DNA from: Octopus vulgaris
Taxonomy: Eukaryota
Reading direction: 5' to 3'
Length of the DNA stretch: 64,000 bases
Assembly (NCBI GenBank): GCA_951406725.2
Contig: OX597819.1
Coordinates: 96,410,001 to 96,474,000, forward strand
The notes beneath the pieces are model-generated. The model saw only the letters and a program-made list of their open reading frames with translations. It did no database searches and was not told where the DNA came from. Position numbers and translations under genes: made by a program. How positions within the stretch are numbered: position 1 is the first letter of the stretch; every line of letters starts with the position of its first letter. Shown here one piece after another: positions 11,385-25,751 of the stretch.

Positions 11385-11610
11385 GTGGTGTAAACCAGAG
11401 TAAGAAAAGCATTTGACACACACACCAGAATGTGAGTTTTCTGTAAATTTTGCTTAATTGGAGTTTAAATTTTAAAAACTGGACCTGGCATGACGCGATG
11501 CATTGTACTCTCAAAAATGCCAGGTAAATTGTAATTGAAGAAATCCTATATTGTAGATTTGTATAACTCCCAAAGGGAGGCAGATAAAATCTGCCTTTTA
11601 TAATAAGAGA
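11385..11610 (-). mobile_element. Probable Helitron-type 5'-end fragment
   Basis: Minus strand begins A|TCTCTTATTATAAAAGGCAG, similar in style to the other Helitron 5' ends. No 3' end identified. Confidence 0.4.
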
Positions 11611-11734
11611 TATACACCAAAATCATTCTAACCCTGCCCTAATGTTCTGTCATTCCGTCGTCCTAAGGTATAATACCAACCAAAATATACCTTCAAATGG
11701 TTACCTATCATAACTTTACTATTTTTCTACATGA

Positions 11735-11950
11735 TAAAGGCAACGGACTGGCAGATTCGTTAGAGTATCGGTAAAACTGCTTTGCCGCTTTTGTTCCGGC
11801 TCTTTATATTCTGAATTCAAATCACAAAAGGTTAACTTTGACTTTTACCGTTTTGGGGTTTCTAAATTACCAGCCAAGAACGACAGTGGATGTAATCGAT
11901 TAAACCTCTTCCACAAATTTTCTGCTCTTGTAACTAAATTAGAAACCATT
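11735..11950 (+). mobile_element. Degenerate copy of tRNA-derived SINE family B
   Basis: aaggcaacggactggcagattcgttag...ttctgaattcaaatc...gatgtaatcgatt resembles the copy at 31700. Confidence 0.6.
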
Positions 11951-14293
11951 ATTTAGCGAGAAATGTCATGCAAACGACTTGAGATTTTCAATGTAAAACA
12001 CTAAATTTAAAGCAATTTCGATGCTAAATATGAAACGTATGTCTTACCAGAGAAGTGGATTAATAAAACCAACGCAACAGACTAAAAATACACCGAGACA
12101 TCTCACACAGCTAACCACAAATTAAAGTCTGCATTGTTTCTCCTAGAAATGGTAAAGCACACATACTCATCTTTGAATTGCTGTCTTTTGATAAAAATAA
12201 TTCTATTAAAACTGGAAATTACAATAACTGTTAAAGAAATTTCTTTTATTTATTTACTGGTTTCAGTCATTGGGGCTTCGGTCATGCTGGGGCATCGACT
12301 TCAAGTTTTAAGTCGATCATACTATAGTACTTATTTTAGTCTTGTGATTATTTTATCGACCTGGTGGTCGAACTGCTAAGTTAATGGTCACAAAATTACA
12401 CAAGCTAAGCTTTCGGCGTTTTATAAACGATGTAAACCAATATAGACGCATGCGCAACAAACATATACATTTGACGGGATTTGGTACTATTTCCGTCGAC
12501 CAAATACCATTTATAAGGATGCATAATGAAATGGAACCCGGAATCGCGTTATTGTGAAGCAAAATAGTTGCGCTTTCGATAATTGGACGATAATTCCATC
12601 TGAGTGCATATATGGTTGAAGATATGTTTTGGAGATAGACTGAAGAGTTCTTCAGAGAAATTAGTTAAACATAGCATTTTGTCTGATAAATGTAGTCATT
12701 ATGTTTACATAAGTAGTTTATCAAGCTGGAGTTACTTTATCTCAGTGATATTTTTAGTTACGACGCGTATATTGTGACGGATAAAGAAACAAAAGCAAGT
12801 TTATGAAGAACGGAATACATTCAAGTTAGTCAACTAGCTGTATTGATAGCAGCAGTGAAGTTTCTATAAATCTGAAGAAAGCTGACCCAATCAAAGTTTT
12901 GACTGATTCCCATGTTACTAAAAATTGTTCTAAGAAATGTAATTTCATTTTCAAGATTCTTGATTTAAATTCATGTGTTGAAACGGATTTTGTTGTATCT
13001 CTAGAGATACAACAATGGTGACGAAATGTCTTTGGCAAACCTAGCTGAGTGATTGATTGACCGAACGATTAGTCAAACAATCGATTAGTTATTTGGTAGA
13101 CTAAAACAAAAGTGAAGTAGAATCAGTGCGTGTGAATCATTATGACCCTCCTCAGAAGCAAAAACAAAACAACAAAAACAAAAAGTAATTTTAAAATTGA
13201 TAAATCATTCTAAAATAGAAATGTTCTCTGTCAATTCTAATTTGATAAAGCTCAGTCTCAGTATGTAACAGATACCTGTTGCCGTCGATGGTGTTTGAAA
13301 TGAGAAGTAAAGCTATGTAACTAAGCACCACAAAACATTTCATCCGATGTTCATTCGATTCTACGTTTATTACCCTCTGTAACAATCTTTTTTTTTTGTC
13401 TTTGGGCAGTGTGTCATTTTCCATTTGCTTCTATCAAGAAATCAAATTAAATGACTACTATTCCCTTTAAACTTTGCTTTTGTAACCGGGGCATCAATCT
13501 TTTGAAACTGACCTATTTTCCATTACTTTTTAGACAGATTCAACACTGAGTCGCTGAAGCAGAAATATTGTTAGAGCAAATATTTTGGTCAATACCACAG
13601 ATTCGCTTGACAGTTGCTTGACCTTAACTACTTGAGCATGTCCCTTATGATGAGTAGGGGTAGTAGAGGGGTATAATAGCCATGCGGTGAGAGGGATTCT
13701 TTGAGGGTTTGAATGAGTGTAACCAGAGTAAAGTTTGAGGGAAATGGCTATTTTTTATACTTTCTAGGGGTAAGCAAATAGGAAATAACGGTTACTACCC
13801 AAGGACAAAAATCGTGTTACATTGTGTCATAGATATGTTGACCAGACAAGGCAGCTTTTTGTAAAGAAGAGGAGTAGTCAGTTAAATACAACCCAAGGCA
13901 CCGATGGTGGTTATTACACCGACTACAGAAAGATGGACATAACAGGAAACATAATGAGTGTTTAGTCGTTTGGGAAAGAATGACAAATACAATCTGGTAT
14001 GCGAAATATAAAGAGTTGAATTGGGCGAGTAGGGTACTCACAGAAATCAGCGGGGAAGATATATATACGTACCTGATATGTTAATTTCACAACTCCTACA
14101 AATAATAGAATAAAATTGCGAAATTTAAAAGATAAATATTATTTCAGAAGAAGTTGAAGAACTGTTGAAATAACAAAGCCAAAGTTAATGACAACTGAAT
14201 CAGAAAAATAAATACAAAGAGTTCTGAGAAGAGAAGGAAGACATTTTACAGAGAGGAATAAAAAAGTACAGTAATTTGTTCTCCGGCTACATG

Positions 14294-14378
<85 letters not shown>

Positions 14379-15775
14379 ACATAGAATTTCAGAAATCTTA
14401 ATGAAATACTTGGGTAACTTGGTGGAAATAAGATAATGAATTTGAAGAAGGAAATAGAAGAAATGCGTTGACTATCCAAGGTAAAGGGCAAGCGTTTTAT
14501 ACTTTTCGTTCTACATTAATTTAGAAAGTTCAACATTACTGAGTTTAAAGATCTCGCGTCAATTCCAGACTAACTTGTACTGAATGTTGCGTTTCTAATA
14601 TAACGTAAACTCGTGAGGGCATGTGGCCTAGTGATCGGGATATTGGGCTCATAATTAAAGGATCATAGATCGGACAGTGCACTGAGTTCTTGAGCAAGAC
14701 ACTTCTTTTCACGTTTCTTCATTCTAATCAGTTGTAATGAGTACCATCCAGATACAGGATGTCTTCTCTCATTTCAACCGTCATATTTCCGATGTTCCAT
14801 TAGAGCATGGCTAAGGGACCGAGATTTTTTCATTTTGCCCACGATAACATAGGCACTTATAAAAGTTAACGAATGCATGGTACATGTTATCAAACCACAT
14901 ACACCTACGAGTAATGGTATGATATGTTATCAGAAAAAAAAAAATCACAGATCACCTCAACCCCTTATTCTATATCTATCGCCATCCTCTTTAAAACCAG
15001 GGATTTTATACTGCGAAACTCAATGTATTCGTAAGTAATAAATAACAAGAATAATGAGAGAGAAAAAACAATATTAATTAACTCCAATGATAATCAATTA
15101 TATCATTTTTATGTATTACAGCAAATTCAAATCTATATTCAATATGGATCGATTACAAAGCAGTATTTTACAGGGTCACTAGGGAATGAATCCTCAAATT
15201 AAGTGAAAAAAAAGTTGGAAGAATGGAGGAGTGAAAAATGCTTTCTCAACATAGAGAAACATTTTTCCTACGTACAGAAAGCTGATTCATTGTGGAATTA
15301 TCAACAGAAACTGAGAACAGATAACAAAAAATCGCTAACTGATGGGACAAAGCTCTATTTGAACCACAGCAAAGACAAACTTCTAAATGTAGTTTACAAG
15401 CTAAGGTAGTACTTATGTAAATACACTATTTGAAATAATAAATACTCGTCTAATAAGACCGTAAATATCAGCATAATCATGGAACTACCTCCAAAAATCG
15501 AGATGACTATGAATAAAACGCAGACTTCACTACGAGAAAACATCTACATGAAAGCAGAAGAGTAGAAAACATACAGCGTTGACACACTTCTGTCTGGAGA
15601 TATTCCTAACCATTACAGAAGACATTAAATGATGTTTGAGCAGACGTTGATATACGATAAATTATGGTGTGGTTTTATGATACGCAGTAATAGCTTATTT
15701 AGACCAAAGACAGTAGTTGGTTGCTTACACTGGAAAATACATGTTCTGAAGCGGAGGCATTAGAAAATATCCGGC

Positions 15776-15834
<59 letters not shown>

Positions 15835-16047
15835 GTTTAATGAAATGGATAAATGAATTATCTTGTTACGGATTATTCAAAATTTAACCGATACCTGTGT
15901 AGCAAAAATCACACCAGAAAAGACACGGTTGAGGTTACGACCATGGGGTTTCGCCCCCGTGCTTTAGCGCGGATAATTGAAGTTTTATATATTTAGTGAA
16001 GGGAAGAAATGGAGCCGAACGAAGATTCTACAAAATTCCTTTTTATT

Positions 16048-16133
16048 ATTTTCTACACATGTTTCAAAGGCTGCAAATTCCCAAATTCGGATTGAATAAG
16101 GAGACCATTCTGCAGCTTTCTCTTCAGGAAAAT
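16048..16133 (-). ncRNA. Type I hammerhead ribozyme, canonical core
   Basis: Minus strand reads ATTTTC-CTGAAGA-GAAAGCTGCA...TGCAGCCTTT-GAAA-C-ATGT-G-TA-GAAAAT. Stem I is a perfect 6 bp, stem II pairs 9 of 10 positions, and the triplet is GUA. Confidence 0.8.
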
Positions 16134-16362
16134 CCAGGAATTTAAAATCTCAAAACAAATGCGCAGCAAGCTTTTCGAACAAAACGCTCCCTAGGAGCCC
16201 ATGGTAAAAATGGCACAAAACTGTCTCTCAATATGCGCTGACGTCAGAGTGGGTGAAGGCCATATATATATATGTATGTATGTATGTATGTATATGTGTA
16301 TGTATGTATGTATATATGCATGTATGTATGTATGTATATGTATATATATGTATGTACATACC

Positions 16363-16401
<39 letters not shown>

Positions 16402-16403
16402 GC

Positions 16404-16472
<69 letters not shown>

Positions 16473-16564
16473 CATACATACATATATGTGTGTGTATGTG
16501 TGTGCGTGGGTGCGGGCGTGTATATACATACAAATGAAAAAGAATCGATCATTAGAAAGAGAAA

Positions 16565-17618
16565 TATCTGTTGTTAAAAAGATAGACTTTTACACTAAAA
16601 GATAAAATAAATCTATAACTTTTCACTCTCAAATTAAAACAACCGAAATTCAAATTAAAACAAATGAATTTAAAATTAATATAAATGAATTTCAAGTTAA
16701 GACAACTGAACTATGATTTAAAATTTTTTAACTTTAATCTAAATCATATGAATTTTTATTAAAAACGAATGAATATCAATTCAAAATATATGAAAGTCAA
16801 TTTTAAACAGCAACTTTTTATTTAAAACAAACAAATTAACATAAAATATGAGATCAAAAATTTTGAGAATGAAATTTCTTCATGAAGAAATAGAAACGTG
16901 CGAACTTTAATGCCGAAATTGCTAATTAGACTATCCTGTACACCCATCCACTTTTAAGTTGGTAGGGTAAAATTTGAAGAGTCGGCTGCTATTTCTAACA
17001 GTTCGAATTACCTCATAAAGTACCTTCGCTGGTTATACATATATTTAGCAAGAATGTCCCCCGCCCCAGCCATCATTAGAAATGGAGACTTGTTGACGCG
17101 TCTACTATACACATATGCCTACGCTATCTTATTCAATCACACAAACAAGAAGTACAGTTTTTATTTTTATTTTTCTAAAAACTTAAAACTGACTTATGCG
17201 TAATATTTAATTACACATTAATTATTAATTGGGTGTGAAATTACGAACCCACACTACCAGCATGAAACTGATCCTGGAAAATCTTGATTCAGTCTGGAAA
17301 TATCATGACGGAATAAAATGTGTTTCAAATCATACATTAATTTTTTGACCTCACATTAGTTATTTTAATATGACTTTCATATATTTTCAATTGATATTAA
17401 GTTGTTTTAAGTAAAAGTTCATCTGATTTAGATTAAAGTTCATACAATTTAAATCATAGTTCAGTTGTTTTACTTCGAGGTTCATTTGTTTTAATGTGAA
17501 ATTCGTTTTGTTTAATTTGCTGTTTGAATTTGAATTTCAGTCGTTTTAAATCGAAAGCGTAAAAATGTAGATGAATAATGTGGAGATAAAAAATCTATAA
17601 CTATTAGTTACAACAGTA
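16565..17618. mobile_element. Foldback/MITE-like element with long degenerate inverted arms built of ~21-bp subrepeats
   Basis: About 16565-16862 is the reverse complement of about 17341-17618, e.g. caactgaactatgatttaaa / tttaaatcatagttcagttg and aaaatatatgaaagtca / tgactttcatatatttt. Confidence 0.75.
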
Positions 17619-17826
17619 GAGTCAATTACGCCACAAGGCTGGCTACGGCACGGAAGGGTCGATTATAACTGAGGTTGGTTACAATACCTACAGTAGTGTC
17701 CGTTTAAAATTGAAGTTCTTGATGCTCAGAGAATAACTCCTTTTATAAATGGAGACGTGTTGACGCGTCTACTATACACATATGCCTACGCTATCTTATT
17801 CAATCACACAAACAAGAAGTACAGTT
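17080..17826. repeat. 80-bp direct repeat (17080-17159 and 17747-17826)
   Basis: aaatggagac(t/g)tgttgacgcgtctac...aagaagtacagtt occurs twice with one mismatch. Confidence 0.92.
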
Positions 17827-19179
17827 CCAAGAGAACATCAAAAAATTTATTTTCTTGAGATGTGTAAAAATGTTTTGGAAAATTCCAGTATGAATATTAT
17901 AAATTAGTGTATCTGTTATTGCTTCTTTATTTCAGCATCTTGGTTCTGAAATATTTAAAGACGATTTCAACAAAGAATTCGCAGAAATTAACAGAACCCT
18001 TCTCTAAACAGTCACCATAAATATACATTTCCATAATATACATAAAATTTAGCTCCCTTAGATCCTCCAGTGCTGTCAGAATAATGAGCATCGAGGTTAT
18101 TCCAAACACCCTGATTGCTCGCCTTTCTCCTGGCTCCACTTGGGCCAACTCACATTTATACAGATGAAAATGTAATTTTGAGGCCACAAAGTCTATATAT
18201 CAGAATCCAATCCAAGTACCATGAAACTTACCCCAGAATAGTCTATCTCTTAAAAATAAATAATCACATACCCTGACAGACGTTAGCATACAGAGCGTGA
18301 AGGAAACACAGGGAATGTATGGAATCTTAATCCGAATCAACGATGAAATCGCTAATACCAAAAGTCTTCCGCAAACTACTGTTTTAAAAGGAAAGAAGGA
18401 CGAAATTCCATTTACTGCTGGATCAAGTATTATCTTAGACGATGACGACGACAACAACAACAATAACAGTAACAACAACAGCAACAACAACAGGAACAAC
18501 AACAACAACAACAACAACATGGTAACTGGTCTCGATGTTACATCTTATTCAAATGCTACTGATTTTTATACCCAATTAGGAAACACCCGAGTATATCCTA
18601 CTCTTTGCACACAGTTTCTTTCTATGTGAGTTGCAGTAACGATGTCTCAGTTATTGGTGCCAATTTAGGCGTCTTTGTATTGTCATTTACATATATAAGA
18701 GAATCAAAAACAGTTCGGAACTGAAGTATTTCCAATGCAATGAGGTGTAAGAGATTGGGATTCCTGACATAACTAAGACTTCGCCATAAGGAAGCAATAT
18801 TTTCAATGTTATGGAAGAATAAATCATTTGGACATGCTATTATTAGCCAGTATGAGAAACAGCATTTGTAGAGACTTTGATAATGCTAGGGTGCCATACA
18901 ATATTGTTTCTTTTATACATGCAGTGATAATGACCTTCAGCTGTTAATGGAGACACGAATATCACCTTCCTATTGGAGAACGTTTTGGAGATTTCAGTTT
19001 AGGTTTCACATGAAGTATTCAACTGATATGTCGATCACACCTGTGTGTGTGTGTGCAAGGGTAGAGAGGAATGAACAGTGGTATCGGCTGTGTATGCGTG
19101 AGCATTATTATAAGTGACAGTGAGTAGGTGTTAATTGTACTGCAGGAAGATGTAGGTGACACAATCGAACTTTAAGCAC

Positions 19180-20510
19180 ACTAGAATTCACACAACGTGG
19201 ATCACAAAGGGCCTCACCATAACACGTATCGTGATGACATATCTGAGAAGAAGCTTTAGATCTAAGTGACCGGTAGTGCTCAAAAGTAGATAACTTAGTC
19301 AGAAAATTTCAATGACAGATACGGTATACTTTGCTGCTGATATCAAGTGAAATAACAGGATTTAGGTCAAATTTTTTATGGGAGAGAGATGAAAGGTAAT
19401 TGAGAGGGAGGAGAAGGTCCCAGGAATCTGGTTCGACACAAGATGTGCTACCTGCCATTTTAAAGGTAGAGGAACACAAGGTGTTGTAAAATGTTATTGT
19501 TAACATTTTTTCTATCACTTTTGATATATTGGAAGTGCGATCAATAATTCGAAAGATGGTTGGGTCTAAGAAGCTTCTTTTCTTGAAAAATAGAATATAT
19601 TGTAGATCTCATAAGAAAGAGTGAGAAAGAAAGTGAGAAGGTGAGAGAGGGTAATGTATACTGGAGAATTGGTGTTAACTCTGGCGTACAACTTTTGATG
19701 GTAATGGATGATATACTGTCATCTATTACCATCAAATGCTTTATTGACTTGAGGTCACCGGAGGAGTCTTCACACTCAGCGTGTATGTGTATCTTAGGAG
19801 GAGGTTGCTGAAATAAAGAAAGCAAGTTTCAGTAGAGTTTTATTTTTGCGAGTATTTAATATAGATTTGAATAACAATCGGACAGCAAATACGGAAGAAT
19901 TTTTACTCGACAGAATCAGTTACGGATCAATCACGGATGTGGTTTGATGGGCTTGCTGTTGTGAAAAGTTAGTGGAGGACCACTCGGATCGTAACAAAAA
20001 AGAAAAAAATTCGATTGTATAATATAATTCGATATTTCTGAGACGAGGAATTTGTGTTATGTGCACTGATTACATTAGTTCGAGCGGTGTCCTCATCATG
20101 ATTGTTCCTTTCACTACGCTTCGGCTGCTGTATGCTCCAGCCTCCTTCAGGTGTCTTGTGACTCACCTTGCCTTGGATTAGAATTCAGAGCCTCTAGGTG
20201 AGTGTACAGCTTTAATCAACGCCTTTATCCACTACGCTAAGCCCGTAGGCAGTGAGAGAGCGAAATTGTCATGGTTTGTAATCTTCTATTGATGTCTTAT
20301 GTCGGCTGGAAACAGTGTATATAATACATTGTAGTTTGGGAGATGATAGATTTGGCCAGAGATCTCAAGAATCGATTGCTGTTTGGGTGACGGTAGACCT
20401 TACACGCTGTGCAATGCGTTAGAGTGACTTTACAATAATGAGATAACTCCAATGTAGTCAATGAACTTATCTCAAATAGCTGCTCACTGTCCATCAAATC
20501 CATCCGTAGT
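19180..20510 (-). pseudogene. Highly decayed CR1/L2-type LINE (EN and RT remnants), interrupted by a SINE-like insert
   Basis: Remnant peptides VYRHPNS (EN), SISSITIKSCTPELTPIL and VISLDISSKVYRICH (RT, compare SLDISKAFDRVWH). Confidence 0.55.
20026..20247 (-). mobile_element. tRNA-headed SINE-like element with a degenerate hammerhead
   Basis: Minus strand has A-box TAGCGTAGTGG, B-box-like GAATTCTAATCC, then GACAC-CTGAAGG-A-GGCTG...CAGCC-GAAG-CG-TA-GTG, and a tail shared with the 28.6 kb copy. Confidence 0.65.
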
Positions 20511-21199
20511 ATCTAAAAAAGCAACAACAAAAACATTTAATTAGGGTTGACCGGAATTCCAACAATAACAAAAACAATGACAACATCTACATAACTTTCT
20601 TGAAGATACAAATATGTAACGCATTAAACGGAAGTTAACATCTCACCGTTCTTGGAGGCCCTACGAAAGTCATGAGTGCTACTCCTACCTCTGGACCTGG
20701 CAATTGTAATCAAAAAAAGGAAGAGAGAAAGAAATAGAGAGAGATCAAGTGCAGTTCGACTAAAATCCTAAAATCTCCAGCATGGGCGTAGTCAAATAAC
20801 TGAAGCAAGTAAAACGTGAAGATAAAAGATGTGTGAAAACAGAAAATAACATTGTTATGTAAACCTACAGGATGTTGCTGTAAGTTTCTATCTTAACACG
20901 TAGTTGAATGACCTTTTATCTCTGGCAGACTATAATAAGCTAGAAGGGTACCACCTCTTTGGCAGTATCTCACTATATCTCTCCTTTAATATTTCTTATC
21001 AATATGTTGCTGATCCATTGCCACATCAATCAATAACTTTATAAAATATTTTAAATTACATTTACAGGAATGAAACATCATATTGTGACAGCACCTTTAA
21101 AGGGTTTCACCCAATTATAACAAGCTCATGACTTATCTCTTTTCGCTGCTCATTGCATCAACCCCTACTTTATAGAAAAATTGGATGCGTTGCTTAGTA

Positions 21200-21487
21200 A
21201 AGACGCGAGTTCGATTTCCGGCAGCGCGTTGTGTCCTTGAGCAAGACACCTTAATTCACCTTGCTCCAGTCCAATCTGCTGGCAAAAATGAGTTGTACAG
21301 GTAATTACAGGTAATTCAAAGGGCCAGCTTTCTCACATTCTGTGTCACACTGAATCACCCTGTGAACTACGTTAAGGGTATGCGTATTTATGGAGTGCTC
21401 GACCACTTGCACGTTAAATTCACGAGCAGGTTGTTTCATTGATCGGATCAACTGAAAACCTCGTCGTCGTAACTGACGGAGTATCAT
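21200..21487 (+). mobile_element. tRNA-derived SINE (third family; related copy at ~14615-14750) followed by (TATC)n
   Basis: B-box GAGTTCGATTTCC followed by tgtgtccttgagcaagacac, typical of central-domain SINEs. Confidence 0.65.
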
Positions 21488-21491
21488 TATC

Positions 21492-21594
<103 letters not shown>

Positions 21595-21877
21595 TGAAAT
21601 AACGGGATTCAAAACTTCCAGGCATTATTTTAAATCGTGAGACGTATCCTATACAAATTTAAATCGAAATACACCCCACTCCGACAGACATATCTTGACC
21701 TGATCTCAGTAAGTTGTTCAAATCAAGTTAGAGTATGTCTAATGCTTTTAAACCTGGTGATATTAAAGATTTGATTCATATGTATAGGAACTCTCACTGG
21801 AGTTTATTTAAAACTCGGAGCAATGTGTTTTGACTGGTTCCAAACTGTAATATGTATATTATTTTATATTATATATA

Positions 21878-21912
21878 CACGAGAGGGTGCTGAAAAGTTC
21901 CTGGCTTTGGGT
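21878..21912 (+). mobile_element. Solo mariner-like terminal inverted repeat
   Basis: TA-CACGAGAGGGTGCTGAAAAGTTCC resembles mariner TIRs. No partner TIR was seen. Confidence 0.4.
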
Positions 21913-22463
21913 AAAATAAAATACATGATGTATGGGATTGAACTGTCAAGACTAAGCCCTTCCAATGAATGCTGAAAGATAACAGCCATCCAACAGCATT
22001 TACCAGACATCAGCCAAGTAATAAGTTTTCACTATATGAAATTACATCTCTATAAAACTTGCTTTTTGGAGTTGCTGCACTTCCATAGTAGAATCATTGT
22101 TACTATTTGCCAGATGATCCCTAAGTAGGGAGTAAATCTACAAGTGGCGCCCTCTGGACCGTCCCTGTTAATATGTCTATCAGGGAATCGGTTGGCACAC
22201 AGCAATGATGTATGACAACTGGCTACTGCTCTAACAACAATGTGGAGCTGTATTTACTGTCTCACATGGTGTACTACATAGCCTGTAATAAACCTGGAAG
22301 ATCTCATGTCGGCAGCATCATTCACAAACTGAACATCCGCAATAAAGAACGCATCATTCGGAGTTAGGAAACATATGGAGAGACATCACAGCCTGAATTT
22401 TACTATCACCATCAAAACCTACAGGACACAGTACGGGAATTATAAGATTGATCAAAGGCTATT

Positions 22464-22829
22464 TCTATATATATAAACGGCAAAATGTCTGTGTGTGTGT
22501 GTTCCCTTTATACAAATCCACAATTTTTCAGTTAGAGGGCTCGCATTTTCTATGGTCATTCAAAACCGCCCAAGGGTGGTCGTGCACATCTTTACATTCC
22601 CCCAGTCACAGCGCAAAGCCATTAAAAAATCAATAGAAGTGACTTTTTTGTGAATTTTCTATCCAAAACCCAATCAAAATGCCCGAAACTTGATACGCCA
22701 ATTGAATACCAGCTAGCTGTATGTGATTGGTCGGAGATTTGGACAGTACTCGCGTGTATGTGCGCACGCACGCAGCTGTATATGCATGCACTAGCACTAT
22801 GACCCAGCGTTGCCGGGTCCTAGTGCTAG
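22464..22829 (+). mobile_element. Non-autonomous Helitron
   Basis: Starts TC(tatatatataaacggc) and ends with hairpin CTAGCACTA-TGACCC...GGGTC-C-TAGTGCTAG|T. Confidence 0.78.
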
Positions 22830-23772
22830 TACTTAATAAAATAAATTCTTATATCAACAACAGGTATGAGTTGTAGGAAGCTATGTGATTAATATAACAT
22901 TTCCAATCTGAATATGTATCCCTCACATTCTCATCCCTACAAATTTATGCACATCAGAGTTAAGTTAAACCTCCTATTTTCTTTTTATAAAAGCTTTTTG
23001 ACGCGGAAATTTTTAGATATAGAGGAAAAGGATAAATAATTGACTTTGCTTATATTTTTTACTTTATTTACAAACTAGTAGCTAGAGGTTCTCTAAAACA
23101 CTTTAAACTATATTCTCTGCGTGTGTGTTTGTATGTACATGTGTATGTGTATATCTAATACGCATGTGCACTCACACAAGCACACAAACACCCACATGTA
23201 CGTATATCTGTTGACATTGAAGCCGATCATCCCGTACTGTAACAAAATAGCTAGACAGACAAGTTTCTAACAATATAAAATATCTAATATATTTACGGCT
23301 CATCTTACAAATTGTGCTTCGTTGTGACTTAATTCTTTATCAAAAATGCTACCATTATTATAAACGTCTCATTCTGTTCTGAATTGACATGTGTGAGTAT
23401 GTGCGGGAAATTTGAGACCATTTCAAACAGGGAGTTGCTCATGCGTAAAGCAGACGCACTGCAAGAGTCGTTTCTATTTATTTTCACTACCAAAGAAAAT
23501 ATTTACAGTCCCGGGAAAGAAAGAATTTGTGTTAAAGATTTTTTTTTTCTACCTGACCTTCAGGGGCGTGTGTTGGGGGTTGGCGAGATTAGAGAAAATT
23601 CACTAAAACTACTGATTAACCTCGCGCCAATAACCTAGCTACCGTGAGAAATAAACATCGCTGATGTTGTTGTTAGGGTATTGCTGTTTAATCCCTTGGC
23701 TGTCCCTTGTTTCACGTGATACGCAGAACATATTTCCATGGCGTAAATGCATCATATATGATACGCATTACA

Positions 23773-24156
23773 CTTTTACTTGTTTCAGTCATTTGACTGT
23801 GGCCATGCTGGAGCACCGCCTTTAGTCGAGCAAATCGACCCCAGGACTTATTCTTTGTAAGCCTAGTACTTATTCTATCGGTCTCTTTTGCCGAACCGCT
23901 AAGTTACGTAAACACACCAGCATCGGTTGGGGGGGGACAAACACAGACACCCAAACATATACACACACATTCATATATATATACATATATACGACGGGCT
24001 TCTTTCAGTTTCCGTCTACCAAATCCACTCACAAGGCTTTGGTCAGCCCGAGGCTATAGCAGAAGGCACTTGCCCAAGTTGCCACGCAATGGGAATGAAC
24101 TCAGAACCTTGTGGTTCGTAAGCAAGCTACTTACCACTCAGCCACTCCTACGCCTA
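23773..24156 (-). mobile_element. tRNA-derived SINE family A, near full length
   Basis: Reverse complement of the 44815-45255 copy: tRNA-like head, internal CA/TA microsatellite, and ccagcatggcc..cagtcaaatgactgaaacaagtaaaag tail. Confidence 0.88.
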
Positions 24157-25074
24157 GGTTCCCAATTTTGTTTTCAGCCACCAGAGTTAAATTGGAACTC
24201 ATAGGAGGAAAATTTTATATTGCTCGAACTAATTAAAAATCTGAAAACGAGCCTAGAGGCTTAAGACGAACTTATGAAAATTCTTTGGATAGACAAAGAG
24301 TGAAGTTCCATGTCAGTTCTGATTTAGCAACTTCTCATCAAAAACATTCTAACTGTGACCATCCCGTATTTTTTTTATGAATGTAGAGCTGCATTGTTTA
24401 ATGTGCTTAGAGTAATATAGGTACCAATTCGAGCGATAATATAAAGGCTATGTCATGGGCTCGTCAACAAATGTCGTTGTTTATTTCTTGGAGCTCAAAC
24501 TGGTGAGAAAACAAACAAATTGGTTCAGCCAATATTTATTTCTTTTCCAGAAATGCAGACTTTTGGTATCACACAAGATTAGAAGGAAAGTTGTGTATTT
24601 TTACTTTCTTTAATTTGATAGAATAGATTTTAGCATTACTATTTTTAAAATAAGAACCTTATCTGTATGGCTATATATCAACAAATCGTTGTGCGAGGAC
24701 GCGGGGTTGTCTTTCTTGGTGTGTGATAAGATGATAGCAATGAAGCTGTTAGCAAGGTCGTTAATATTAGGTGGCAGTCGACGAGAAATGAAGTTATTTA
24801 AACAATTTTTTCTTCTATATTTGGTGAAAATTAACTGTGTAATTGAGTGGATAGCGCTACCGAGATAGTTGTGATGATACAGGGACGTTAGCTGCAGTAT
24901 TGGAGGAAATAAAAGTGGAGTATAAAGGAGAGAGTAAAATATGAGTTCAACGTTCTCAATATTCTGGAGTATATCTAAAATCATATATTTTATACTCCAG
25001 CGCATTGACTACTGCCATAGAAAGACATATGACGAGTTCTATTTCTTTATTGTCCACGGTGGGGTGGGGGTGGG

Positions 25075-25468
25075 GGCTAAACATAGAGGGGACAAACAAG
25101 GACAGACAAACAGATTAAGTCGATTACATCGACCCCAGTGCGTAACTGGTACTTAATTTATCGACCCCGAAAGGATGAAAGGTAAAGTCTACCCCGGCGG
25201 AATTTGAACTCAGAACGTAACGGCAGACGAAATACCAATTTCTTTACTACCCTCAAGGGACTAAACACAGAGAGTACAAACAAGGACAGACAAACGGATT
25301 AAGTCGATTATATCGACTCCATTGCATAACTGGTACTTATCTAATCGACCCCGAAAGGATGAAATCAAAGTCGACCTCGGCGGAATTTGAACTCAGAACT
25401 TAGCGACGGGCGAAATACCGCTAAGCATTCGCCCGGCGTGCTAACGTTTCTGCCAGCTCGCCGCCTTA
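25075..25468 (-). mobile_element. SINE family B with internal tandem duplication
   Basis: Head aaggcggcgagctggcagaaacgttagc. The ~175-bp body (ctgagttcaaattccgcc...cctttcggggtcgataaattaagtacc) is present twice. Confidence 0.88.
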
Positions 25469-25678
25469 TATGGCAAGATATATTGATCACAAAAATTTCT
25501 GTTTTATCTTGTATTAGAAAATTTATTCTTTCACTTGATGTCGTAGCCCCGTATCCTTCCAAATTTCTTCGGATATTTATTGAGTACGTTTGGTGAAAAA
25601 CAGCAAAAGAGCTAATTATTATGTACCCTGTGGAGTATATATCTGTCCGTGCATGTGTGTGCTTGTGTGTATACTTTT

Positions 25679-25751
<73 letters not shown>

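Noticed and set aside
15100-15780. A-rich coding-like stretch (ORF 15203-15409)
   Set aside because: No recognisable motif. It may be a very old TE but cannot be assigned.
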